A stretch of 64,000 bases of DNA from Geosiphon pyriformis uo1 (lineage: Eukaryota > Fungi > Glomeromycota). Position numbers and translations under genes: made by a program. Shown piece by piece: positions 41,384 through 54,200 of the stretch (the first letter of the stretch is position 1; each line of letters begins with the position of its first letter). The notes under the pieces are model-generated. The model was not told where the DNA came from. It made no database searches and saw nothing but the letters and a program-made list of their open reading frames with translations. The stretch covers positions 186,001-250,000 of the forward strand of contig JAAOMT010000586.1 in NCBI GenBank assembly GCA_016748015.1, written 5' to 3'.

Positions 41384-42565
41384 TAATAAATTTGGTTTTT
41401 TTGGTTATAAAAAAACTTAATTTATTAATAAATATCCAAATATTTATTTTATTTATTTAATTAATATAATTTAATTACCATTTATTGTAATATAATTATA
41501 AAAAATTCTAAAATAAATACAATTTATATTATTTTTATATGTAATTAACTATTTAAATCAATCAAAATTATACTAAAATATTTACAAAACCAAAAACATT
41601 AAAAAATTTACAAAATTTAACAAAAAAAATTACAAACTAAAAGTTAAATCAAAACAAATCAAACAAAGTTCAAATTATAAATCAATATTTTTGTAATAAA
41701 TATTTGTTAATTTAGTTATTATTTTGAATTTGTTGTATATTTGCTTTTAAATAACTTCTAAAATAAAATTTATTGCTTTAAGTTTTAGTTTTTTTTGTAA
41801 AGTGTTTTTTTAATATAAAAATATTTATAAATAAAAATATATTTATTGTTCTATTTATTAAAATACAGATAAAGTTTTTATTAAATTGTAATATTTGAAA
41901 AAATATTAATAAAAATAAACAATTTGTTTTTTTAAAGCTTGTTTTAAAAGTTTTAATAAATAAANNNNNNNNNNNNNNNNNNNNTAATAAATTTGGTTTT
42001 TTTGGTTATAAAAAAACTTAATTTATTAATAAATATCCAAATATTTATTTTATTTATTTAATTAATATAATTTAATTACCATTTATTGTAATATAATTAT
42101 AAAAAATTCTAAAATAAATACAATTTATATTATTTTTATATGTAATTAACTATTTAAATCAATCAAAATTATACTAAAATATTTACAAAACCAAAAACAT
42201 TAAAAAATTTACAAAATTTAACAAAAAAAATTACAAACTAAAAGTTAAATCAAAACAAATCAAACAAAGTTCAAATTATAAATCAATATTTTTGTAATAA
42301 ATATTTGTTAATTTAGTTATTATTTTGAATTTGTTGTATATTTGCTTTTAAATAACTTCTAAAATAAAATTTATTGCTTTAAGTTTTAGTTTTTTTTGTA
42401 AAGTGTTTTTTTAATATAAAAATATTTATAAATAAAAATATATTTATTGTTCTATTTATTAAAATACAGATAAAGTTTTTATTAAATTGTAATATTTGAA
42501 AAAATATTAATAAAAATAAACAATTTGTTTTTTTAAAGCTTGTTTTAAAAGTTTTAATAAATAAA
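41384..42565. other. Assembly gap (20 N, 41965-41984) flanked by an apparently identical 581-bp duplication
   Basis: 41384-41964 is repeated at 41985-42565 with no differences seen; typical of an unmerged contig overlap. Confidence 0.9.
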
Positions 42566-43872
42566 TTCTAAAATAACTTTTGTGTTTTTATATAAAAATA
42601 ATAATTTTATGTATTTATTATCAAAACTGTAGTTTTTTTAAATATAATTAATTTGGTTTTTATAATTATTATAAATAAATCAAAAAAATTTTTCAAAGCT
42701 AATATTAATTTTTAAGATATTTGTCAAATATTTTATAAAATAATTATTATATTAAATTTGAAAAAAAAAAAATTATTTATATATAAAGTTTTATATATTT
42801 TTGGTTAAGTAATTTTTGTGTAATTATTTTGTTAATATATCTATTATTTTCTAAAAAAAATATGAAAAAAATAAAATATTTTCAAGATTAATTCATATTA
42901 ATTTGTAAAATTAAAGATTTAAAATTGGTTTTTAAATAATAATATATTAATTTATTATTATATATAACCTTTTTTAAAATTTTATTATCAAGTTATAAAT
43001 TATATAATCTATTATTTAAAATTTTATATATATAAAATAATTTATTTTATTTATAATTAAATTTTTTATGTTATTGTTTTTAAGTCTTAGTATTGTATAA
43101 AAAAAATTTGTTTTCAATTTTCAATTTATTAATAATTAATAACAATTTATTATTGTGTTATTTTTTTATTGAACTTAAAAGTATTTAATATAAATATTTA
43201 TAATTTGTTATTTTTTTTTAAAAATACTAAGAAAAGTGTAAAATTTTTGTTAAAATATTTTTTAAAAGTTTTTTTTTATAATTAATTAAATTAAAGTTTT
43301 TATTAAAAAACCAATAAGTAATATTGCTGTTTTTTTATAAATTAAATCAAATAATATATGTTTTATTGTATTTTGTTTTAATGTTTTATATACTAATAAT
43401 ATTAATAAAATAAACATATTTTATTTTTGCTTAAAATTAGTTAAAATATTGAATAATTTATAAAGTATTTTGTTAATAGATAGTAAAATAAAAATAAAGA
43501 TTTTTTAATATTAAATTATTCACAAATATTTATATTAAATTATTTACAAAATATGTTTTTTAAATAATTAAAAATTTAATTAAGTATTTATATTTACAAA
43601 TAATGTTTTTGTAAATAAAATTTGTTATTAATTTTGTATTTGCCTTTTAAATAACTTTTGTTTTAAATTATTTTATAAAATAACTGTTTTTTTAGTTGTA
43701 ATAAATAATAATATAATTAAATTAATACTTTATTAAAAAGTTGTTTAATTTTAATTAAATTTAATAATTATTACAAAATTTTATATATTATATAAAATTG
43801 TTTTTTTTTATTAATGTTGTAAATAATTTTTTTTTTACTTAAAAACTAGTTTTTTAATATTGTAAATATTTT

Positions 43873-46800
43873 AAAACTTCTTTCTTTCTTACCTCCTAAA
43901 AATCCTCAAAAAGCGTATTTCAAAAGAAGTTTTTTCTGCTATTTCATACTGTCTTTCATCACTTTACAAGAAACAAATCCTTTTGTTGTTGACCTGGCTG
44001 CTTCCATGAGTGGTACTGGTGCTAAAAGAAGGTCGTCCAGAGTTTCAACTTCTGGTTTAATAGTGGTTCAAGTCATAAAATCAAGAAATCTCTTGGTAGT
44101 GCTAAGCTATCAAGTAATGATGTGGCTCTCAAAGATAGTCAATCTGGTCAAGTGATTGGGCAGTTTAATAACATGGATACTGATGGGGAGGCTTCCGAAG
44201 GTGAAGGAGTATTTGATTCCAAGATGAATACACCCCAAGCCAAGCGTTTCAATAATGGTGCAATTGTTGGCTCCCTTCTCAGCTCTATTAATTTCGACAT
44301 GGAAGAAGAAAAGGAGGTTTCTCTTCCCCCCCGTAAGACTTTTTCTTTGAATAAGATGTGGATTGATCCCAAAATCATTAAAACTCAGGTGGAAGTGGCT
44401 GTAAAAAAATCTTTTGCTTTGGACGTCAATCTTTCGGTTGTGGAAGGGAAATCAGTGACGGCCAAAACTCATGCCATAAGAAAATTATTTTCAAGAATCA
44501 ATGGTTTTGGGGAGGCCACTACCCCCTCAAAATTTGAAGGGATCATCAGATCTACCTTCATCTCTGAAGCAAGCATGGAAAAGGCCACATTATTGGCCAG
44601 GGAAAATAACATCATTGTAAACAGTGATCTTAAAAGACAAGGAATATGCTCAGATTAGGCTGTAGTGATCAAGGAAATTCCCATGGACATGTCAAAGGAA
44701 ATGATTGTTGCCGCAGTATCTGAGTTTGGAGAAATTAAGTCGATCAAAATCCAGTTGATTGGTTTATGACAAAAGGCTGTGGTGGAATTCACCAAATTGA
44801 AACAGGCTGTGTCTTTGGCTACTAGGTGGTCCTTCCTGATTAGTAAAGACTCGGTTCATGTGACTATGGTGGTGGGCGACTGTGAAACTTGGGTGTCTAG
44901 GAACCAGTTTAGGGCACTTTTGTTTACTTTGCTAGTGGGAACTACTGCTCATGATCTTGGGGATCTTCTTGAAGGGGCTGGTGGAAAAACTTGTGTCATA
45001 AATCGGTCATTAGAGACTGATAATAGGGTTTGCTGTGCTGTTGTATATTTTGATTCTGATGAGGTTTTGGAGTTAGCTTTTTGCACAGAACCGATCCTTG
45101 GTAGTATGAAACTCTCATGGGCTAGGCTGGATTTGGTTTACTGTGAATGGTGTGGGAAGTTTGGTTATTCTGCTTTGGAATGTAATGCTGAGGTTGCATC
45201 AGCTTTTAAATCTTCAAAGTTTTTTATAAGGCTTACCAACCCTGATACTTGTCTCCAGCTGGCCAAATTGTATGTGAAGAAGAATGTGCTGATCTCTTGT
45301 CCTGTTGCCTTTGGTGGCAAATCTTGGGCTCAAGTAGTCTCAGTTGCTTCAGTCTCTCATGGTTTTTGTGCTGGTTCTGGTTCCAGTTCCTTGCCTTCTG
45401 GTGATTTGAGTTCAGATGGGGTACTTCCCCTTCTACCTGTGGTCAATTTTCCTTTAAGTGCTTGCTTAGCACTTCTGGAATGCTCTGTGGAGCTTATGTC
45501 TGAACAAATTTCGAACATTTTTTCTTGTTTTGACAATATTAATTCGGCACCCTTGGCGCCTTCCTCTCAATTGGCTCCTTCTATAGTAGTTCCTTAGTCC
45601 TCAACCTCTGTTCCTCTTGTGGTTGCAAACTCTGACTTGGATTTTGACATGGTGGTTGATGATTCTTTTGTCCAGCCTACTTTTTTCTCTCCAGGTGTTA
45701 CCAGTTCACTATTGGGTTCGAGTAGTTCCAAAGTCCTGACTTCCAAAGTTGGTGGTCTGGAATCGAAACTGGTTGCCCTTGACATCTCTGTTGGTTTGAT
45801 TTTGGCTAAGTTGGATCAGTTATGTGCTGGCTCGGGTTCTTTGGTTATCTCTTCATCACAATGACTAGTTTTATTTGGAAAATTGCCACGTGTAATGTTA
45901 AGGGAATGAACAATCTTGTAAAGCAGGAGGACATTTATTGCTGACATAAGGAATTTGGTAGTTCAATCTCGATTGTTATAGAAACCAAGTTGTGTTCTGG
46001 TTCACAACCATGGATCATGAAAAAGTTTGAGGGTGTCTGGGTTTTTACGTCTGGTCTGGATGTTGGGTTTCGTGGGGCTGGTGTGGCTATTTTTGTGAAC
46101 GATTCTCTGGCTCGTCATGTTTCCAAAGTTGAGGAGGTGAAGGGCAGAGTTTTTTCAATTTGCCTTTTGTTCAAAAACAAGCTTTCTGTGTCTGTCATTG
46201 GGCTTTATGCCTGTGCGTCTGATGGTGACTGTTTTGCTCAGGCTTCTGTTATTAATTCATTCATTGCTGATACTGTCAACAGGAGTTCTTTTGTTGTTTT
46301 GGGTGAAGACTTCAATGAAGACAATTCAGTCAAGGAGGCGAGTCTTAGGAAATGTTTAAGTTTGGGTTTAGTTAATGTTTTTGGTGGTTACTTTCTAGCT
46401 AGGATTTCTACTTAGAACAATTCAAGAGGCGTTAGCAAGGTTTTGGATTACATTCTAGTTAGTGACTCTTTGATTTCAGTGGTTGTGGATCGTGATGTTA
46501 GTTCTGTCTTGGAATTTTTTGACACAGATTACTTGGCTGTGTTGATGTCTATTGGGTTGGGTGGTCTTCTGGATGCTCATTTGAATAGCATCTGCAAGCA
46601 CGCTAATAAGAATCACTGGAAGTTTAAGATTAAGGATGCTGATGAGAAAAAGTGGGTGCATTTTAAGGACCTCTCTAAGTGTGTGCTTTTGGGTTCTCTG
46701 GATAGATTCAAGATGGCTGAGGATGGTGGTGACTTGGATGGAATGTGGGGGATGCTAGTTGACACCATGACTGCTTCTGCTGAAAATTTTTTTTTGAGAC

Positions 46801-49800
46801 ATTGGTATAGTGAATTTGATTGTGCTAAGAATAGACTCTCTTCTAAATTTTCCAGATTGGAGCTTTTGGTTGTCAAGTTATTGAAAGTGCTGAGATGGAA
46901 TGATACTTTGGGCTTTGAACGTCTGGCTGACACTTGGCTTAAGGTTGACCCTTCCAAAGCTTCCAAAGTTTTTGGTATGGTTGGGGATAGTGTGGGTTCT
47001 GCTGACTTGATAAGTCATCTTTCAAAGGTTAGGAGGCAATATAGAAAGTCCAAATATTGTGAATCTGAGGTGGCCAAAAGATCTGCTATTAGAGATGCAA
47101 TTGATAAGCATATGGAAAAGTTCAAAATGGACAAAGGTGGGATAATTCGGAGCATCTTGGAGCAGCCCTTTCGCAAAGTCGTTCTGGACCATTTGGTTGT
47201 TGGTGATTCTCTTATTTTGGAACCTGACAAAGTGAAGCTCAAAGTTGATGACATCATGGTTAATTAGACCAGGAAGCGGAATGCTTTTCCTGCCTTGTCT
47301 GGTTCCTGGGCACAACAATATGCCTCTTTGGCTTATATTAATGATAGCGCCTTCAATCTGGTTATGTGTGATATTACCATGTGTGAGATGTCTTTGGTTA
47401 TAAGTGATCTTTCTGATGGCAAAGCTGCTGGTTTGTTTGGTATTACCAATGAACTTTGGAAACACACTGGCTGTTTGGTTTTGGAGTGTTTGTTGTCTTT
47501 GCTGAACTCTTGTTTGCATTTTGGTAATGTTCTGGTTCATTGAAAAGAGGCCTGGGTGTCCATGATTCCTAAGCCTTATGATTGGGATGGCATTTTGTTG
47601 AATACATGACTTATTGTATTGATTGAGACAACCAGGAAGATTCTGTCAAAAGTTCTCTCAGACAGGATCTCTCTTGCTTGTAGTAGGTTTGATGTCCTCT
47701 GTAATAACAACTTTTCTGTCCTCAAAGGCACTTCCACTCAGTCACCAATTTCAGCTGTGGGTTCAATTATAGAGGATGCTTTGAAAAAAGGCTGCAAATT
47801 TTAGCTAGTTCTTTAAGACATGTGCAAAGTGTATGACTCTGTTGGTTGGCCTCATTTAAAAACTAGTTTACACCATATCAAAATGTGTAGCAAGTTTATC
47901 AAGTTTTTTGGCAACATTCACAACAGTTGCTTCAACAGAGTCATGACGGATTTTGGCCTTTCTGATGGATACAAAGTTCTTGATGGTTTGGATCAGGGTG
48001 AAGTTTTCTCATCTCTTTTATGGAGAATTTTTTATGACCCTTTGTTATGTGAAGTTGCGAGACAAGATTATTTGTGTAGTTATCAGATCAATTCGAACTT
48101 TGTGTTGAAGACTGGAAGGATTGAGACTAGTGGGGATATGACCTCTTTTTTCGCAGCTGGTGTCTTTGTCAATGACACTATTTGAGTGGAAAATAGACAA
48201 GCCTCTATGCAGCACATTCTTAATGTGGCCAGCAAGTTTTTCCTCATCAATAACATTAACATAAACAATGAGAAGATGGTTGCCATTCCTATCAACAAAA
48301 GAGTGGGAGTTCCTGTTTTATTCATCAACGGCCAGGCTATTGCTGTTGCCAATTCAGATATTAAGTTCTTCTCAAATATGGTTTTCCGGAAGGCTGTCTC
48401 TAATAAACAATTCTTTTATCTGGTTTTAGCTGTTTTGCAGTCCATAGTCAGTTATCGAATGCAGTTTAGTTTTGTTTCCAAAGCTGTTTGTCTAAAATGG
48501 GACGTTCTAATTAGGAGGAGTCTTAAGTCAAAAGCCAATTTGCCGAGAGACTTTCCCAATGAGGCATTGCACCACCCCTCTCTTTATGGACTGAAATCTT
48601 TTGAACAGTTGTAAGCTGAATGCAAGACAGCTTCTGTTGTGCAGTTTGTGAATTTTTCTGGAATTCTTGGCCAACTGTTTGAACATCAAATTTTGGATTT
48701 ACAGGTTTTGTACTGGGCTTCATTGAATCCTCTGCAATATTCTGTTAAGCTAAGAGTGAACACTTCAAACAATTTTCTAGCAGGTGTGATTCGTATATTT
48801 CTTAACAACAAACTGTCTTTGGATAATAGGCTTCTCTGTGCTTTTCGCTTTTCTGGCCATTTTCCAATGTCATTAGTATTGGGTGATCCTTTGTATTTCA
48901 ATGTGGTTCGCTTTTTGAAAATTGCTAGTGTGGCATATGGTGACCAACTTCTGGACAAAAATGGTTCTATTGTTAGTTGGCATATGTTTTGCTGATGGAA
49001 AAGACTTGGTTCTAGAGGCCCTGTGCCTTTATGGTTTTTGAAGGCCTCTGCTTATTTGAGTAATTGTTTGCATGCTCCCCCTCCTGCGAGTTTAGCTTCT
49101 GTCTGTGCTAGTGTTTTGAATTTGACATCTTTTGCCGACATTCGTAAGGAGATTCATGGATTGTGGGCTAATGAGATTGATGTTTATACTGACAGTTTTC
49201 TTAGAAATTTGGGTATGTTTCAGGTGGCGTGTGGTGCTGCCATTTATTTTTCTGGCTTGAACAAAGGTTTAGAAGTGGAGATACATGGTATACTATCTTC
49301 GACCCTGGCTGAATTACAGGCTGTTGCCCTGGCTCTGGAGTGTGTTCCCATCTCTGTTTCAGTGGCTTTGCACACGGATAGTCAAGCAGCTATCGATGCA
49401 TGTGTGGCTGAATTGGGTCTGTTACAGCCAGATTGTCACAATAGTTGCTGGATAGAAAGGTGCTATGTGGTTAATTTGATTGAATCCAAAGATCTGACTG
49501 TCCGCTGGATCAAGGTCAAAGGTTATGCTGGCATTGCTGGTAATGTTTTGGCTGACACTTTTGCTGAACAGACTGCGCATTCTGAGGTTTCTCTTCCTGC
49601 CAGGATTAATTGTAGATATGTGGTTGCTGATGGCAGACCAGTTTCCAGTAATGCCCGCCATTTTGTACATGACATTTTTCGTTCTATTTGCAAGTTTCAG
49701 TAGAAGGTGGGTTCTGGCCAAGGGGTTGTGTCTTGTTTGTTTGGTCTGGTTGTCAATTGGAATAGTACCACTCTAGTTTGGCACCCTGACTCTCATATGC

Positions 49801-50579
49801 TCTCTGGAAGTACGTGTCGAGCCACTGCTGCTCTTTGTACGTATTTCATGAAAGCTGTTTATTTTAGGTTGCCTGTTGCTGTTCAAAAGAGGTTGTATAA
49901 TAAGGATTATCCTGGTGTGTCTTGTCTGTTTTGTGGTGATGTGGAACTCCCTGATCATGGTTTTACTTGTGTTAAGGATGCTTCTGTGTGGTCGGATATT
50001 TTGGGTAATTTTGGTGGTTTATGGAGGACTCTGATGGGTCCTAATCTACTGTCGCTGTCTTTTGTACTGCGAAATCTCTCTCTGGGGGTGTCTGATGTTG
50101 GGTTGTATTTGGTTTTTTGCAAGAGATTTGTTCTCAAGAGTTGGATGGATGAGGCCACTGCTTCTTTCGGTGACAAGAAGAAAGCGGCCATTGTGGTAGT
50201 GGATTTTGTCTGTCGTTTGGCTAAGAGTCATAGGACAAACCTTTGGCTTTTTAAAACTAAGTTCAGGTCTGACATGGAGAGAAGTGGTTTGATTGGTGAT
50301 GATGTTGTTGTGGCCAGTGCTCTTGGTGTGGGTGCTCTGCCTCTCTCAGCTGGCACGGTCCGCCTTATTGGTGTGCTAAATTCTCTTGATGTTGGTTTCA
50401 GTTTTAGGGGTAGGTTCTTGTTTTTGTCTGGTGCTGTTCATAGGGTTAGTGTTTTGATTGGCTTAAATGGCCAGTCACATGTAGCAAATGCGTGAACCAT
50501 GTTTAGTTGGCTACTTTTTTTTGTAACTTATTCTAGACTTTGGTTGGGCTGCACTCGTTAATAAATAAATAAAAAAAAA
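43873..50579 (+). mobile_element. Near full-length non-LTR retrotransposon (LINE): ORF1 RRM + CCHC; ORF2 APE-RT-RNase H-zinc finger; degenerate
   Basis: ORF1 ~44006-45864 (VIKEIP..FGEIKSIKI; CEWCGKFGYSALEC). ORF2 45861-50495: WKIATCNVKGMN, EDFN, LDYILVS, GLDQGEVFSSLLW, FVNDT, VYTDSFL..AELQAV..TDSQAAI..KVKGYAGIAGN..AD, CLFCGDVELPDHGFTC. A-tail at 50571-50579. Confidence 0.95.
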
Positions 50580-51236
50580 TATTTTTAAATAAATTTTAAT
50601 ATTATTATAGTTTTTAAAATCTATTGTTTATTGCTAATTTATTGAATTATTAAATTAGTTAATATTTTTATATTAATATTTATTTTTAAAAAACTATCAA
50701 TATTAATATAAAGCTTTTAATTTATTATATATAAAATATTTATAATTGGCTAAAAATTTAATTTAACAAGATTATATTAAAAATTTTTGTTATGAAATTA
50801 TTTAAACTTAATATTATTAATAATAATATTAATTTAGACTTAAAATATTTAAGAATCCAAATTACAATTGTAGTTTTTAGCTTAGTAATAAAATTTTTTT
50901 TAGTAAACTTTAAAGTTTAGAAAATTTTTTTAATAATAAGATATTAATTCTGTAAATTTTTTTAATTTAATAATATTTTAAAAAATTTTAAAATTTTGTA
51001 CAGTGTTAATTTTTTTTAATCTGGTTTGATTTTATTTTTAATATGATTAAAAAAAGCCAAACTTGTTTTTTTAATATAATATTTTTTGATATTTAGTTTT
51101 AATTTTAGTTTTTATAATTGTTAAAAAACTTTTTGTAAATAAATTAAATAAGTTTTAAAGATTTGTAAATATTAATATTATTAAAATAAATAATTATTAA
51201 CTATTATAAAAGTTTAATATTATTTAAAAAATAATG

Positions 51237-54200
51237 AATTTCTTTTTCTTCTTTATCTCAAATTACCAAAAAGAGTCAAAAGTTTTTTGAAAAAAGTTTT
51301 TACCACTTAGTACAATAAATCTAAACTCTTTATTCTTGACTATGAGGCCACTATTGGCTGTAGTATTGCTGTCATAAAGAAGACTGTTAAAGTTTCTGGT
51401 TTTAGTGATGGTTTTAGACCTGTTCTTCCAAAGAAAAAGAGAAAAAGAGGCATTTTAGAAAATGGTTTTGGTGATAAGATTGTTGGTTCTAAGGTTCAGA
51501 TTAGTCACTCATGGGGTTCAGAAACTGGTAATACCACTAAGTCTGATAGCATTGAAATAGAGGAGAAATGTCTGGTAGAAGAGACCAGTTTCAATTATGA
51601 TAAAGGAGATATTCTTGCTGGAGGAGATTCTGATCAAATGCCCACTGGTTCAAAGATCAAAACAAAAAAGGCATTTGGCAAGCCATTGGGTAAAATTAAT
51701 TTTTCAGTAAATGGTGATGAGAATAATATTATTCTGGATGCCCTATTGGAACTCTTCCTATTTTTAAAAAGTTTGGTCAACATTTCGGTTTGCAAATTTT
51801 TCACTTTGAACATTGGGTTAAATAAGATGGTTGGGAAATTTTCTCAAGACAAGCTTCAAGTGGTCAGAAAATTGTTTTCAAAAATCAATGGTTTTGGGAG
51901 GGGCCTCTACCCTCTCAAAATTTGCTGGGATCATTAGAGCAATGTTTACTTCCGAATCAAGTTTGGCACAGGCTTCTAAAAAGGCTGATGAAGCAAAAAT
52001 TTTGGTAAACTCCAATCTCAAAAAATCATCTGGGCATTCAGATCAGACTTTAGTATTGAAAGAAATTCCAATTAGTACATCAACTAAGACTGTGCACACT
52101 GCACTATCTGAGTTTGGCATAATTAAGTCAATCAAGATACAATTGGTGGAGCTGTGGCAGAAAGCATTAGTTGAATTTGAACAGGCTAAGCATGCTGATT
52201 TGGTTACAGCACATTGGTCTATCCTAATTGAAAAAGATACAGTGTGCATTGCTAGATCAGATATAAACAAAGAATTATGGAATGCAAAAAATGTTCACAA
52301 AGCTCTTTTATACACTTTGCCAATAGAAACCAATGCACATAATATCTGGGATTATGTTACTTCAGTGAATAAAAAAACTTGTGTCATTGACTATTACCTG
52401 GTCACTTATGCTTAGGCCAGGTACATTACTGTTTGTTTTGATTCTGCTAAGTCACTGAATGCTGTTATGAAAACCATATTTGTGTTGAAAAAGGCCAATC
52501 TGCACTGGTCTTATTTTGTTCTGGCTAAGTGCACCAAATGTGAAAAATTAGGCCATATATTCTTGTCTTGTTCTATTGATAGAAATGAGAGTGCTTCCTC
52601 TGTTGTTTTATCACAAAAAACTCTTTCTAATTCTGATAAAAGCAGGCTGGCTGCTATTTACATTAAATGCTCAGCTTTAGTTACTTGTCCAGTTTTCTTT
52701 GGTGGTGTCTTATGGGCACAGATTGCTGATGGGTCCCCTCTCTTTTCTTCTTCAGTTCAGAATGTTTTGTTAAATGCTGGCTCCTCTTCAGAGATAAAGC
52801 CTACTCCAATAATGTCTTTGGAATTAAGTGATAGGTTTGCCACTCTTGAGTGTAGTCTTACCAGCCTCACAGAGCGTGTTAATATGCTGGCTAAGAGGTT
52901 GGACATACCTGAGCCAACAGTTTCCCAGCTTAGCCTTGGAAGTCAGCCATTGGTGACCCCTTCATCACAGAATCAAGGGGCAGATATAGTAATAAGTGAA
53001 AGTTTGGGTGTGGTCACTGGTGGTGAGACTGTTGCAGAAGTGGTGATTTTTGATCCTTCAGTTATCTTGAAAATGGAGGAAACATTGAACAATCTTTCAA
53101 TTATAGTTATGAGTCTTTTGGCTAAAATGGACAATGCTGGTTTGGTTTTTGCTCCTCTTTTTTCTCAGTGAATAATAAGATTTGGAAAGTTGCCACTTGC
53201 AATGTTAAGAGAATGAACAATCCTGCAAAGCAAAAAGATATAATTTGTTGGCATAAGAAAATGAACAATTTGGTTTCCATCATCAGTGAAACTAAATTAA
53301 AAGATAAAGTCCATTTGTGGATCATGAACAAGTTTGATGGTGTCCGTGTTTTCACTTCTGGTGTGAATTCTGATTACTTGAATTCAGGCATTGCTATTAT
53401 TATAGACAATTCTTTGGCTAGTTATGTGTGCAAAGTTTCTGAAGTGTCTGATCAGATCTTTTCTGTCAAGTTGTTTTTCAAGAATAAGCTCTCTGTATCG
53501 ATTTTGGGACTGTATGCTGGTGCCTCTTCAGTGGTTCAGTTTTCTTAGGCTGATGACATCAATTCTCTTATTGCAAAGACTGTGAATAAATCTTCTTTTG
53601 TGATTCTTGGCAGTGACTTCAATAAAGATAATTCTCATAAGTGCACTAGTTTTAGGAAGTGCTTTGATTTGGGCCTGGTCAATGCTTTGGCTGGAAGCTC
53701 TTTTGCTAAGATGCCAATGTGATGTAATTCTTGTGGTGTTGCTAAAACAATTAATTATGTGTTTGTTTTTTTGAATTTGGTCAATGCGATAGTTGGTCAC
53801 AATGTATTTAGTGTTGAGAATTATTTTGATACCGATCACGTGGCTATTTCTGTCTCTGTGAGTCTGGGTGGTTTGCTAGATGTTCAATTAAACTCTCTTT
53901 ATAAACAGACTAATAAGAATCATTGGAAGTTTGATTTTAAGAATGCTGATAACAATAAGTGGAAAAATTTTAAAAATGCCACATTGGCCAATGTTGGGAT
54001 GTTCTCCAGTGAGTTTGCTGCTGCTATCAAGTTCTCAAATCTGGATGTCATATGGAATGTTTTGCACAAGATAATGAATCTTTTGGCAAATAAGATATTT
54101 AGGAAAAAATGGTTCAAAGATTTTGATAATGTTTTCACCAAAAGTTTTTTGAGATTTTATAAGTTAGAGCTTTTGGTTTCAAAGATTGTTAAGGCTTCTT

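Noticed and set aside
41384-42565. 581-bp direct repeat
   Set aside because: The copies appear identical and flank a 20-N gap in otherwise heavily eroded DNA. This is an assembly overlap artefact, not a biological duplication.
43863-50590. Target-site duplication AAATATTTTAAA / AAATATTTTTAAA around the first full LINE
   Set aside because: Imperfect and low-complexity; plausible but not distinguishable from chance.
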